Shown piece after piece: positions 49,765 through 59,273 of a DNA stretch of 64,000 nt. The notes below the pieces were generated by a model that was not told the DNA's origin, did no database searches, and saw only the letters and a program-made list of their open reading frames with translations. The DNA comes from Deltaproteobacteria bacterium (lineage in GTDB: Bacteria; SAR324; NAC60-12). Within the stretch, counting starts at the first letter, position 1. Each line of letters begins with the position of its first letter. Both the position numbers and the translations under genes were made by a program. Where the stretch lies: the NCBI GenBank assembly GCA_018645085.1, contig JABGPG010000136.1:10603-74602 (forward strand), in the 5' to 3' direction.

Positions 49765-50706
49765 ATGCTGCACCAAACAGACATCCCCGTAAAACCTTAT
49801 GAGCTGGCTGAAGCTCAATTTAATACAGGACGATTCCACATAATGGACATTGTCTTTCGCAGATGGGCAACTCTCTTACAAGAGACGCTTTATGCGAAAA
49901 TGGGCATGATGTTAGAAGTCTCCACTGAAAATGTGGTAAAGCTGCGTTTTGAAAAATTTTTAGATTCTGTTGAGAAACAACCAATCTATATTTTTGAAAC
50001 TCTCAACCATAGTCGTGGACTTTTACTTGTAGATAAGTCTTTTTTTGATTTAGCACTTAACAGTAAAGCAGAGCCGACTGCAGAAAAATTGTCACTGGTT
50101 CAGATGATGAAAGAAAACCAGCAGACGCTGCTTAAATTGGTAAGTACTCTGATTGATGATTTTGAAAAAAGCTGGCTCAATATTGCAGAAATTGAACTAA
50201 ATCTGAATCGTGTTACCATCTATCCCCGCCGGGCAAATGTGATGTTGCCTTACGAATATTGTTTGGCAGGAAGTGTTCAGCTTAGTCTTGACGGTGTTCA
50301 AACAAGTATCCAGTTATGCCTGCCTTATGCTGCTCTTGTGTCTGTGCTTAGACCGCTTGAAAAGAAGAAAATTATTGAACCTGAATCTATGGCTTATTAC
50401 TTTCCTCAAGTGAAAGAACATTTCAAGTCTTTGCTGGAAAAGACTGAGTATTCGGTTGTTGCTGAACTTGGTAAAGCTGATTTGAGAGAAGTAAAAGGAA
50501 AGTTGGAAAAAGGTCAGGTGCTGCCTTTATTGAATAAAGACGGCCTCGTTACAATCCGGATTAACGGTACTCCAGCATTACAAGGTTCTACAGGGGAATC
50601 CTCAGGGAATTATTCTGTTCAGGTTATACGAGGTACTGAAGACAAAAAACCCTCAGCAATTCAACCAAAAAGAGAATTCAAACAAGTAACGTGGCCAACT
50701 CAGTAA
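49765..50706 (+). CDS. FliM-like flagellar motor switch protein (divergent)
   Basis: VKPYEL, RFEKFLDS, DFEKSW, LCLPY, C-terminal SpoA-like VVAELG...GESSGNYSVQV; follows the fliN-like gene. Confidence 0.75.
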   Translation: MLHQTDIPVKPYELAEAQFNTGRFHIMDIVFRRWATLLQETLYAKMGMMLEVSTENVVKLRFEKFLDSVEKQPIYIFETLNHSRGLLLVDKSFFDLALNSKAEPTAEKLSLVQMMKENQQTLLKLVSTLIDDFEKSWLNIAEIELNLNRVTIYPRRANVMLPYEYCLAGSVQLSLDGVQTSIQLCLPYAALVSVLRPLEKKKIIEPESMAYYFPQVKEHFKSLLEKTEYSVVAELGKADLREVKGKLEKGQVLPLLNKDGLVTIRINGTPALQGSTGESSGNYSVQVIRGTEDKKPSAIQPKREFKQVTWPTQ

Positions 50707-52055
50707 GTATCGTTTTTTAATACTGTAGTAAGCCATTTGTCCGGATTCTCTCCGCACTCGCGGAAAAGCTCCAAAGTCTCATCTGCAGGAGTAAGCCCCC
50801 CCTTCGTGTACTGCTCAAAATAAGGCAACAGCCAATTCTCATCTGCTGATCCAAGTGCCTCTAAGGCTTTTTCTACAATGAGTCTACCAGTCTTTGCAAA
50901 GTTTGTTCGATTGACTTCAGAGTGTAGAGCATCCTTTGCTACAGCTTTTTTATAAATCTTGAACTCTTCTTTCGGCAAATCCATCAAGATTGATTGTACA
51001 GCAGCAAAAGCAGTTTCATTATAAAGTAATGCACCAATCAATGCCGGAACTGCGAGTGAATATTGCGGAGCCACGCTGTCAATAACTCTCACTTCCAGAA
51101 TGTTTTTTATTCTGATGTCCGGAAAAAGCATGCCCAGATGTTCTTCCCAGTCATCCATGTCCATTATTAAGTCCGGATGTTTAGCATCTAACAATTGTTG
51201 AAAGCTAAAATCCGTCGTCAGGATCCCCTCTCCATCACGTTTTAAATGATAAGGCGCCGCCTTTAAGGCCCATTCTATGTAGTCCTCCAGACGAAAACCA
51301 GTATTTAAAAAAGCTTCCGGTAGTCCGGAACGTGAATTATCGGTATGCTCCCAAATATGTGAGCGATAAGATAGATAACCACTGGAACTGCCTTCAATTA
51401 GCGGACTGTTGGCAAATATTGCTGTTAAAAAAGGTGAAAGGCGGTTTAGAAAAACAAATTTCCTCTCCATATCTTCTATGGAAGCATAATCAATGCTGAC
51501 CTGTACACCGGTGGAGGCTTTCATCATCCACTGTCCAAGAGAACCTGTATTCAGCATGTGAGGGAACATAATCCGATAACGGCTCTTCGGGAAAAAGGGC
51601 AACTCTTCCAAAGAATGCAGTGGCTGTACCCCCTGAAATAAAAGCCTTCCGCCAAAACCTGAAACGGCTTCTTCCAGCAGCTTTAAGTAGGTCTGCAGAG
51701 AATTATGTGCTTCTAAAAGAGAATTTCTGGGTGCATCTGAAAGCTCAATTTGTCCTCCTGGTTCAATCGTGATTTTTGAACCGGACGGACTCGTAAGTGC
51801 CAGCAGCATGTCTTTTTCAAAAACTTTTTCGAGCGGATCAGCAGAGTCTTTTGTAAGTTCTACTAAATTTTCTAAAACACTGAAAACTCCGGAATCACCA
51901 TCAACAGGTAAAGGGCGGAAACCATCTTCCGAATTATCCTCGTCAGGAATAAAAACGAAATTTTCGTACTCCATGCCGATTAATTGTTTGTCGGGAGTAC
52001 CGGATTCTTTACGGCAATATCCTAGAAAGAGGGATTTTAGGTCGTTATGAGTCAT
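50700..52055 (-). CDS. gshA: Glutamate--cysteine ligase (GCS2 type)
   Basis: IGMEYE, ITIEPGGQIELS, MM..TGVQVSID, AIFANSP, LFPDIRIKNILEVR. Confidence 0.88.
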   Translation of the reverse strand: MTHNDLKSLFLGYCRKESGTPDKQLIGMEYENFVFIPDEDNSEDGFRPLPVDGDSGVFSVLENLVELTKDSADPLEKVFEKDMLLALTSPSGSKITIEPGGQIELSDAPRNSLLEAHNSLQTYLKLLEEAVSGFGGRLLFQGVQPLHSLEELPFFPKSRYRIMFPHMLNTGSLGQWMMKASTGVQVSIDYASIEDMERKFVFLNRLSPFLTAIFANSPLIEGSSSGYLSYRSHIWEHTDNSRSGLPEAFLNTGFRLEDYIEWALKAAPYHLKRDGEGILTTDFSFQQLLDAKHPDLIMDMDDWEEHLGMLFPDIRIKNILEVRVIDSVAPQYSLAVPALIGALLYNETAFAAVQSILMDLPKEEFKIYKKAVAKDALHSEVNRTNFAKTGRLIVEKALEALGSADENWLLPYFEQYTKGGLTPADETLELFRECGENPDKWLTTVLKNDTY

Positions 52056-52117
52056 GTCTGTATTATTGCCTAAGCGGAATGTTGAAAAAAGAATTGCCAG
52101 CAGCTAAAAGAAAATTA

Positions 52118-52750
52118 TTAAAGGAGACCATTAATCATGCTTTTACTGATGGAGGCGATCCAGCTAAATGCGCTGAAGCCTGGTAAAAACATACTAAGCA
52201 CGACCAAAGCTATTAAGACCTGGGAGCCATAGCGGTAATTCCAGTGCTGAAATCGTATTTTTATGTTAACTGGTAAAAAATGAGGTAAAACTGAATTTCC
52301 ATCAAGTGGTCCAAGCGGGATCAGGTTGAACAGGCAAAGATTAAAATTGATGAAAATAAACAGATATAAGAGTTCCAGCATTGGAACTCCTGCAAGTGTC
52401 GATAAATTGTTTTTTGCTAAAAAGCTAAATAAAAATGCTGCTCCTACACCCAATATTAAATTCATCAAAGGTCCTGCGGAAGCAACGTAAAAATCTGCAT
52501 TACGTACGCGGTAGTTATTTGGATTAACTGGAACAGGCTTGGCATAGCCAAATCCTGCAACTAAGACCATTAAACTGCCGAACAAGTCCAAATGCACAAA
52601 TGGATTGAGGGACATTCTGCCTGCGTTTTTTGCCGTGTCGTCTCCACAAAGATGGGCTACATACGCGTGACCGAACTCATGGAAGGTTAAAGCAAAGATT
52701 AAACTGAAAATCAGAATGACCAATACTTGCGGCGGAAGACTAAACAACAC
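52118..52750 (-). CDS. Site-2 protease (M50) family protein
   Basis: HEFGH, AGPLMN, FNLIPLGPLDG. Confidence 0.92.
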   Translation of the reverse strand: MLFSLPPQVLVILIFSLIFALTFHEFGHAYVAHLCGDDTAKNAGRMSLNPFVHLDLFGSLMVLVAGFGYAKPVPVNPNNYRVRNADFYVASAGPLMNLILGVGAAFLFSFLAKNNLSTLAGVPMLELLYLFIFINFNLCLFNLIPLGPLDGNSVLPHFLPVNIKIRFQHWNYRYGSQVLIALVVLSMFLPGFSAFSWIASISKSMINGLL

Positions 52751-52947
52751 TGTAGTTTTTTTCAGTAGAAATGAGTTATCGCTAGTAAAAATTTATTTTA
52801 ACTATTTATTCTATCAGAAAGCTAAAGATCTCCAAAAGACAAAACTTCAACCGTAATTATTTTTTCACTTAATCCATTGCTCTGGATTAGCGGTTAACAT
52901 GCTAATAATAACAGTCGCAGAATAGTTGAATTTCATACAAAATAAGC

Positions 52948-52976
52948 TTTACTTTTTATGCTGATAACGATATTAT
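52948..52976 (+). promoter_or_regulatory. Candidate sigma70 promoter upstream of the structured RNA element
   Basis: TTTACT-N17-TATTAT. Confidence 0.45.
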
Positions 52977-53046
52977 ACGTATATTCTAATATTTAGATGT
53001 TCGCTAAAAATTATGTAGTCACACAAAACAGACTGGCGAACAAAAA

Positions 53047-53191
53047 CACCCCCGTAAAAGCCTGCAAGTGCATCAGGGCAATCTTGGTTTTCAACTCCTC
53101 CCTATAAAAAGTTGAATCTTTCATGTACCAGGAAAATCGATGCAGACAAAGGTCGGAAGATGTCTGATAACTGTTAAGGCTGACGGGGGTG
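53047..53191. ncRNA. Candidate structured non-coding RNA, family unassigned
   Basis: CACCCCCGT/ACGGGGGTG closing stem with nested stems AGCCT/AGGCT, TGCATC/GATGCA, TTCAACT/AGTTGAA and CAGACA/TGTCTG in a long intergenic region. Confidence 0.55.
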
Positions 53192-53337
53192 ATACCTCAC
53201 TTGATTTTAAGATCCTCAAATAATTCCACATTACATAAGTATTTTAATATCTTTTACTGTTTAAGCCCTGTAGAATCTAGGGCTGTTGTAAGATAGCTTT
53301 ATTTTCTATAACTGTTGCTTAATATGGGTCAACCACG

Positions 53338-53940
53338 ATGTATAGTTGTTTTTTTGATGTAGATGGAGTTTTGCTGGACTTTGAAGGCGGATTCACTAAG
53401 ACAGTCAAAGATTATTTTAAATTAGAGGTTGCAGAGGATTTTGTTTCAAAGAGTTTCTGGTTTGCAGATTTACTGACGAAGGAGCAGGTCATGGAAGGCT
53501 GGGATTATTTTCTTCACAGTACTGAATTTGAACAACTGGAACCACTGGTAGATCCGGAACAATTCAACGCAGCATTCGGGGCATATCCTGTGCATTTTAT
53601 CACCAACATTCCATTGGATTGTCTTGAGCGAAGAGAAAAAAATCTAAGAAACGCAGGATTCAACTTTGATTCTGCGCATTGTGCCGGCTTTATAGATTAT
53701 GACGGTTATTCAACACAGACCAAAGCAGATGTTATTCAGGAACTGCATCAAGAAGAAAAGACTGTTATGTTTGTGGACGATCATCCTGATAACTGTCTCA
53801 ACGTTCGGGAATCTTTCCCTGAAGCAGAAATCTGGTTGATGTCACGGCCATTTAATGATGATTTCGATCACCCGGAAATACGCAGGGCCAAGGATTGGGC
53901 TGAAGTTCTTGATCACTCCAGTAATACTGCCACCCGCTAA
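53338..53940 (+). CDS. HAD-superfamily hydrolase (5'-nucleotidase/NT5C-like)
   Basis: FFDVDGVLLDF motif I, FITN motif II, FVDDHPDN motif IV. Confidence 0.8.
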   Translation: MYSCFFDVDGVLLDFEGGFTKTVKDYFKLEVAEDFVSKSFWFADLLTKEQVMEGWDYFLHSTEFEQLEPLVDPEQFNAAFGAYPVHFITNIPLDCLERREKNLRNAGFNFDSAHCAGFIDYDGYSTQTKADVIQELHQEEKTVMFVDDHPDNCLNVRESFPEAEIWLMSRPFNDDFDHPEIRRAKDWAEVLDHSSNTATR

Positions 53941-54023
53941 TTTTGCTCGCCTAGACCATCTGAATTTACAGATACAGTAAACCGTTCTTTCGGTGCTGGT
54001 TTTAAGTTGACTCTGATGTGTCC

Positions 54024-54965
54024 ATGTCTCTCAAAAAATTTATCCTAAATCAGTTTGGCTTGGCATTGATAATTATGCTGGTGCTTAGGCCTGCCGTTTT
54101 TGCACAGGAAGAAACTGCTGCCGCATCAACAGGTGGTAGAGATGCCGTCTGGCGGATTGGATTTTGGGAGGTACTGCAACAAACGTTCAGTGACGATGAC
54201 AGTCATCCGTTTTATCAAATGACTGGTACCGACAGGTTCAGAGGAGGTAAGGGTTTTTTTGGACCTACTTTTTTAGATCCCGGCAGCAGTAGTTTTCTTC
54301 CAAATGTTTATAATAAAAATGAAGATGGTCACGCTGGTCAGGACGGTACTTTGACCAAGTTATTCAGTAATATCCCTTTGCTGAATGGGCTCCCTACTTT
54401 TTCTTTGGAATATATTCAGCCGACTGATTATGTCGTCGGTATCGGCTTAAGCTTTGCCTACACCAATATTTGGCTGGATGACACACAAGTCAGGGCAGCC
54501 ACCATGGGAGCAGATCCGGATTATGCAACCCCTCTTTTACGGATGGCTTCTCATTTCTACATGTTTTCCGCCTCAATCCATCCTTTCGGAGTACCTAAAA
54601 CAGACGATCTGGATATTTTCTTTGGTTTAGGACTCTCAAGAGTCGAAAGCACTTTGAAATCAGGTATTCGGGAAAATCCAACTATTTATGAATATACGGC
54701 TACCATTCAGACTCAACTCAGCAGTTCGGCCGGCACCTTACCTTTTCGACGTATGGGAATTGCTTCAGGAGGTGATAGTTTTGGCTTTATGCTGGAATTC
54801 CTGTTTCCGGGAAACAGTGAAATAATTGATAATCCATTTGCAACAAATACGATCATCGACTCTACAATCTACGACTCAACGTACAATGACCGTGGCGATG
54901 CATTGCCTTCAAAAGTCGGGATGCCGGGAGGAATTACACGTGTTTCATGGACGTATTCATTTTAG
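54024..54965 (+). CDS. Putative outer-membrane beta-barrel protein
   Basis: Signal peptide (AVFA|QEE) and C-terminal VSWTYSF beta-signal. Confidence 0.6.
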   Translation: MSLKKFILNQFGLALIIMLVLRPAVFAQEETAAASTGGRDAVWRIGFWEVLQQTFSDDDSHPFYQMTGTDRFRGGKGFFGPTFLDPGSSSFLPNVYNKNEDGHAGQDGTLTKLFSNIPLLNGLPTFSLEYIQPTDYVVGIGLSFAYTNIWLDDTQVRAATMGADPDYATPLLRMASHFYMFSASIHPFGVPKTDDLDIFFGLGLSRVESTLKSGIRENPTIYEYTATIQTQLSSSAGTLPFRRMGIASGGDSFGFMLEFLFPGNSEIIDNPFATNTIIDSTIYDSTYNDRGDALPSKVGMPGGITRVSWTYSF

Positions 54966-56278
54966 CTAGTGTTTCCATTTTCCAGGATCTGCATAATCTC
55001 TCCTACCAAATAAAAAGATCCTGCAACGACAACAGGTTTTTCATCAGTAAGTAAAGCAGATTCTAAGGCTTCTTCTGCAGATGAACTATGTTTTATTTCC
55101 GGAGAATGTTCGAAATTTCCGCACTCAATTATAAAGTTTTCCAACTCTTCCGGAGTTGCACTTCTTGGCGAAGGCACAGGAGTGAAAATGAGAGTATCCG
55201 CTTTCTCACACAATTCTTTCAAAGGTATTCGCAGAGCGGAATCCAATTTGTCTGCAGCCATGCCCAAAATCAGCGTACAGGGAACAAGTTTGTTTGTAGT
55301 GAGGAATTCTACCAGCGCAGTCAATGCATCAAAATTATGGCCTCCGTCAAACAGCATTGTTTTAAAATATTTTCCATGTTTCCGCCAAAATACATTCTGC
55401 TGCAAATCGAGACGTCCGCGCATTTTCACCTTTTTAGCGCTTGCTAACCACTTTTGTTTTTCCGAATTATTTCCATTAAAAAGCACCTGCATTGCGCATA
55501 AACTTGTTTGAATACAAGCCATCCGAGGTTTTGAATAGGATTCAGCTGATAATTGCTTGTCCGGAAAATAGCCGTCGAAAACCTCATCCACAAAATAACA
55601 AGGCACCTTCGATTTTCGGAACTGTTCGCTCAGCCACGGTTTTAATTCAGCATCCTGCTCCGCAACTATTACAGGTACATCCGGACGTGTGATACCAATT
55701 TTTTCTGCTGCGATTTCCTGCAAACTATTGCCGAGAACTTCCTGATGATCAAGGCCAACTCTAGTCAAAACACATAATTCTTTTGTTGTCACATTGGTTG
55801 AATCCGCCAGACCTCCTAATCCTGTTTCCAGCACAACCCACTCCATCTTTTCGGTCATGAAGGTCAGGAATGCAATTGCGGTTAATACATCAAAATAGGA
55901 AAGGTATGGGTTGCCCTTGTAGCCTCGTGCAATCTTCAGCACCAAGGATGCACTTTGTGTAAAGGTGCTTTTAGCTACAGAATTTCCGTTAAGAGTTATA
56001 CGTTCTCTAATGTCAGTCAGATGCGGTGAAGTATAACAACCTGCGGCAAATCCCTGTTCGCTCAATAAATGGCTGATGATTGTCGCACTTAAACCTTTAC
56101 CGTTGGTTCCGGCAATGTGGATTATCTTATAATTTTCCTGGGGATTTCCTAAGTCTTTCAGTAAAAGCCGGATTCCATCCAGTTTACTGAGGTCACGTGG
56201 CTGTGCAGTGATTTCGTAACTGCCCCAACTTTCCATTTCCGAAAGTACTTCTAAATAATCTTTGTCAGAGGGAGACAT
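54962..56278 (-). CDS. folC: Dihydrofolate/folylpolyglutamate synthase
   Basis: IHIAGTNGKG, YTSPHL, LETGLGG..DSTN, DGGHN, AGSFYLVG. Confidence 0.92.
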   Translation of the reverse strand: MSPSDKDYLEVLSEMESWGSYEITAQPRDLSKLDGIRLLLKDLGNPQENYKIIHIAGTNGKGLSATIISHLLSEQGFAAGCYTSPHLTDIRERITLNGNSVAKSTFTQSASLVLKIARGYKGNPYLSYFDVLTAIAFLTFMTEKMEWVVLETGLGGLADSTNVTTKELCVLTRVGLDHQEVLGNSLQEIAAEKIGITRPDVPVIVAEQDAELKPWLSEQFRKSKVPCYFVDEVFDGYFPDKQLSAESYSKPRMACIQTSLCAMQVLFNGNNSEKQKWLASAKKVKMRGRLDLQQNVFWRKHGKYFKTMLFDGGHNFDALTALVEFLTTNKLVPCTLILGMAADKLDSALRIPLKELCEKADTLIFTPVPSPRSATPEELENFIIECGNFEHSPEIKHSSSAEEALESALLTDEKPVVVAGSFYLVGEIMQILENGNTS

Positions 56279-56297
56279 TTATTTTTTTTGGGAAGAA

Positions 56298-56366
56298 AGC
56301 AGAAAGGGTCTCTGCTAAAGCCGGGAGGGAGAACTGTTTCCCCGTCTATGCTAAAAAACGGGGAAA
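56298..56366 (-). terminator. Two hairpins between hflC and folC
   Basis: TTTCCCCGT/ACGGGGAAA (56337-56366) and AGCAGA/TCTGCT (56298-56316). Confidence 0.45.
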
Positions 56367-56408
56367 ATGGTTTTCTGTAAATTTTGCTAAATCAATTTAG
56401 AAACAGAT

Positions 56409-57260
56409 TTATTTGAGGTACTTAAAAAACTCGCTATCTGCATCCATCAACAGTGTAGTACCTTCCTGCAGGCTGTTACGATAAACATCATGTGAACGCA
56501 GGAACTTAAAGAAATCGGTGTCTTTCTGGTAGGCGTCAGCATATATTTTTGTAGCGTTTGCATCTGCTTTACCACGTGTTTCTTCGTTAATCTTTTTTGC
56601 TTCAGCAATAATTTCGACACGCTCTCTGTCTGCATCAGATCGTATTCTCAGCGAAGCTTCATCGCCTTGAGAACGGTATAGTTTTGCTTGTCGTCTTCGT
56701 TCGGCGTTCATACGTCCAAAGACAGCCTGACTGTTTTGTTCAGGCAGATCGGCACGTTTTATACGTACATCAAGAATCTCAATACCAAAGTTCTTTGCAT
56801 TTTCTCTGGAACGTAAAGTAATGGCCTCACGGATTTCCTTGCGGTTACCTGAAACGATTTCCACCAGTGTGTGCTGTCCAAGCACCTCACGAGTCTGTGA
56901 GTAGATAATGTCATCGAGACGTGCATGTGCTCCTGCAGTTGTACGTACTGTTTCATAAAATTTAAGCGGGTCCATCACACGCCACTTTGAATAGGTATCA
57001 ACTTTCATTTCTTTTTTGTCTTTAGTGAAGACTGCACCTGGATCTGCATCATAATCCTGCAGACGATTCTCCATAAAAATGATACGAGTTACAAATGGCA
57101 CCTTGAAATTGAGCCCCGGCTCCATGACAATATCAACAGGGTCACCTAATAAAATTTCAATCGCATATTGAGTCTTGTCCACAATATATGTGCTCAAGTA
57201 AATGGAACCAACAACGAGGAGGAGGAGAATCCCTCCAAAATTTGATAGCTTTGCTGACAT
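56409..57260 (-). CDS. hflC: FtsH protease modulator HflC
   Basis: PGLNFKVPF, TKDKK, DVRIKRADLP, RMNAERRR, FFKFLRS. Confidence 0.92.
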   Translation of the reverse strand: MSAKLSNFGGILLLLVVGSIYLSTYIVDKTQYAIEILLGDPVDIVMEPGLNFKVPFVTRIIFMENRLQDYDADPGAVFTKDKKEMKVDTYSKWRVMDPLKFYETVRTTAGAHARLDDIIYSQTREVLGQHTLVEIVSGNRKEIREAITLRSRENAKNFGIEILDVRIKRADLPEQNSQAVFGRMNAERRRQAKLYRSQGDEASLRIRSDADRERVEIIAEAKKINEETRGKADANATKIYADAYQKDTDFFKFLRSHDVYRNSLQEGTTLLMDADSEFFKYLK

Positions 57261-57423
57261 AAAAAATTACCTGGTGATTAAATGAGGATTTAGCAGTCGA
57301 CATCCTAATTGGACTAAATGTACACGTCAACTTTTTTCTACGCTTAATTGTCGATAATATACGTATTCTTGTCAAGTTGAAATAGTTCACCGAGCCTCTG
57401 GCTCCGTTATTTATAAAAGTATT

Positions 57424-57687
57424 ATGTTTAAGTTGAAAACACCTAGTCTGCAGGAACAAATCCTGGCTCTGGCAATGCGTCAAATCGAGAAATTGTTGAA
57501 AGAAATGCAGAATGACGGTAAGGATTTATCTCATTTAAAACTTAAGAAATTTCAAAAAACACACCACATTGACTGCAAATGCAAATTGTGTGAAGTTGCC
57601 AAAATCAAAAATGATCCGCGATTACGAGGACTTAGCGAAGACGGTTTCAAAGTTTATGTAAATGGCGATAAAAAGAGTTCTCAATGA
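57424..57687 (+). CDS. Small hypothetical protein with HHxDCxCxxC motif
   Basis: THHIDCKCKLC; ATGA overlap with prmA. Confidence 0.6.
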   Translation: MFKLKTPSLQEQILALAMRQIEKLLKEMQNDGKDLSHLKLKKFQKTHHIDCKCKLCEVAKIKNDPRLRGLSEDGFKVYVNGDKKSSQ

Positions 57688-58589
57688 AACAGACTAATTC
57701 CTCAATTGCGCAAACATATTTTGAAATCTGCTGTACTTTGCCTCTAGAGACTGAAGAACTATGGAGCTGGTTTTGTTTTGAAAAAGGCGCGCTTGGTGTA
57801 GAAACAATGACGGAATCTCCAACTGAGTTGACTCTCAGGATTTTCTTTGAACATGAACCTGCAGGAGGAGCACAGAAATTAGTTGATGATTTTTGCTGCG
57901 AAACTGCTACAGAAGCAAAAATTAACATCACTGAAGAAGCTAACCGACCTGTTGAAAATTGGCAGGCAAATTGGCGTGAACATTTTCGACCGGTGAAGGT
58001 TGGGCAGTCTCTGATAATTCTGCCTGCCTGGGAAACCGGCTTTGAACTTGATGGCCGACATCCGGTTTGGATTGACCCCGGACAGGGTTTTGGTACAGGA
58101 CATCATCTCTCAACTGCATTAGCACTTGAAATGCTTGAGCAATATCTTTTAAATACGGATACTTTGCCGGAAAGCATGCTGGATATCGGCATTGGTTCCG
58201 GAATCCTGGCGATTGCCGCCTGCCGTCTCGGTATACAAAAAGTGCGAGGTGTTGATCTTGAGTCTGAAGCAGTCGCGGAAGTTGAGCGAAACAGTGAGCT
58301 GAACGGACTTACTGGAAGGATCAAGGCCGTGGTTGGTCAACCATCTGCGTTGATAAAACCTGCGCCGCTAGTTATCAGTAATATGCTCCTGCGTGAATTG
58401 CAGGATGTCCGCTTTGAACTGCTAAGACTGACTAGTCCAGGTGGTACTTTGATTTGCAGCGGACTCCTCGGAGAGCAGGCTGATGAACTAAGCAGCTCAA
58501 TAACGCAGTTGGGTTTTGAGTATTGTTCAACCTTAGAACGTGAAAACTGGCGCGCAGTTCAGTTTAAACGTCTGGAGAAAAAAAGTTGA
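57684..58589 (+). CDS. prmA: Ribosomal protein L11 methyltransferase
   Basis: NWREHFRP, IDPGQGFGTGHH.ST, LDIGIGSGILAI, LICSGL. Confidence 0.93.
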   Translation: MKQTNSSIAQTYFEICCTLPLETEELWSWFCFEKGALGVETMTESPTELTLRIFFEHEPAGGAQKLVDDFCCETATEAKINITEEANRPVENWQANWREHFRPVKVGQSLIILPAWETGFELDGRHPVWIDPGQGFGTGHHLSTALALEMLEQYLLNTDTLPESMLDIGIGSGILAIAACRLGIQKVRGVDLESEAVAEVERNSELNGLTGRIKAVVGQPSALIKPAPLVISNMLLRELQDVRFELLRLTSPGGTLICSGLLGEQADELSSSITQLGFEYCSTLERENWRAVQFKRLEKKS

Positions 58590-58666
58590 CGAAGCATGAA
58601 AAAATCCTCTAACAAAGTTATTAAAAGCAAAGTGAGAAAACTTTCATTAGTTAGGGCAATTGATGT

Positions 58667-58696
58667 TTGACTCTTTGAATGCAGACTGAGTAAAAT
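58667..58696 (+). promoter_or_regulatory. Candidate sigma70 promoter
   Basis: TTGACT-N18-TAAAAT upstream of the VUT gene. Confidence 0.45.
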
Positions 58697-58754
58697 AGAA
58701 CAGTCTTGCTAATCAAATTATAATAGTGAAACCCTGCATTTAACTGAAATTCAC

Positions 58755-59264
58755 ATGATACCTGTTCTCATATACTTATTGGCTATAGTACTGGCCAACA
58801 TGATTATACTTTGGTTTGGGCCTCAGGCCGCAGTCCTGACTGCATTTTTATTTATAGGTCTTGATCTGACTTTACGTGACAAACTGCATGATCAATGGCA
58901 CGGTAAACAATTGTGGTGGAAAATGCTGGCCTTGATTTGCGGAGGTTCGGCAATTTCAATCGCACTCAATTGGGATGCTTTGCCAATCGCATTGGCCAGT
59001 GCAACAGCCTTTTTAGCGGCCGGTATTGGAGACTCGCTGGTATATGCAGGATTACGCAAAAAACGTTTCATGATCAGAGCAAATGGTTCAAATGTGGCCG
59101 GTAGTGCGATTGATTCAATTGTTTTTCCGACTCTGGCTTTTGGGGTGTTCATGCCTGAAATCGTGCTAGGACAGTTTGTTGCGAAATTCGTCGGAGGCTT
59201 TTTATGGTCGCTTGTTCTGCAAAAGTTTTTTAGCAAAGACGAAGCAGAAATTCAATCTGCCTGA
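58755..59264 (+). CDS. VUT/YhhQ-family membrane protein (putative preQ0/preQ1 transporter)
   Basis: AIVLAN, IGLDLTLRD, IALASATAF, SNVAGSAIDSIVF..LAFG, GQFVAK. Confidence 0.8.
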   Translation: MIPVLIYLLAIVLANMIILWFGPQAAVLTAFLFIGLDLTLRDKLHDQWHGKQLWWKMLALICGGSAISIALNWDALPIALASATAFLAAGIGDSLVYAGLRKKRFMIRANGSNVAGSAIDSIVFPTLAFGVFMPEIVLGQFVAKFVGGFLWSLVLQKFFSKDEAEIQSA

Positions 59265-59273
59265 AAGTAAATC

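Noticed and set aside
53086..53116. preQ1-I riboswitch-like string (CCCTATAAAAA)
   Set aside because: The required P1 stem is absent and no queuosine gene is adjacent.
53185..53200. GGGGGTGA as a tmRNA 5' end
   Set aside because: No matching TTCGA T-loop, CCA end or tag reading frame found; the G-run pairs with 53047-53055 instead.
56298..56366. THF riboswitch upstream of folC
   Set aside because: Hairpins are present but no THF-I or THF-II consensus was recognised; terminator-like structures are more likely.
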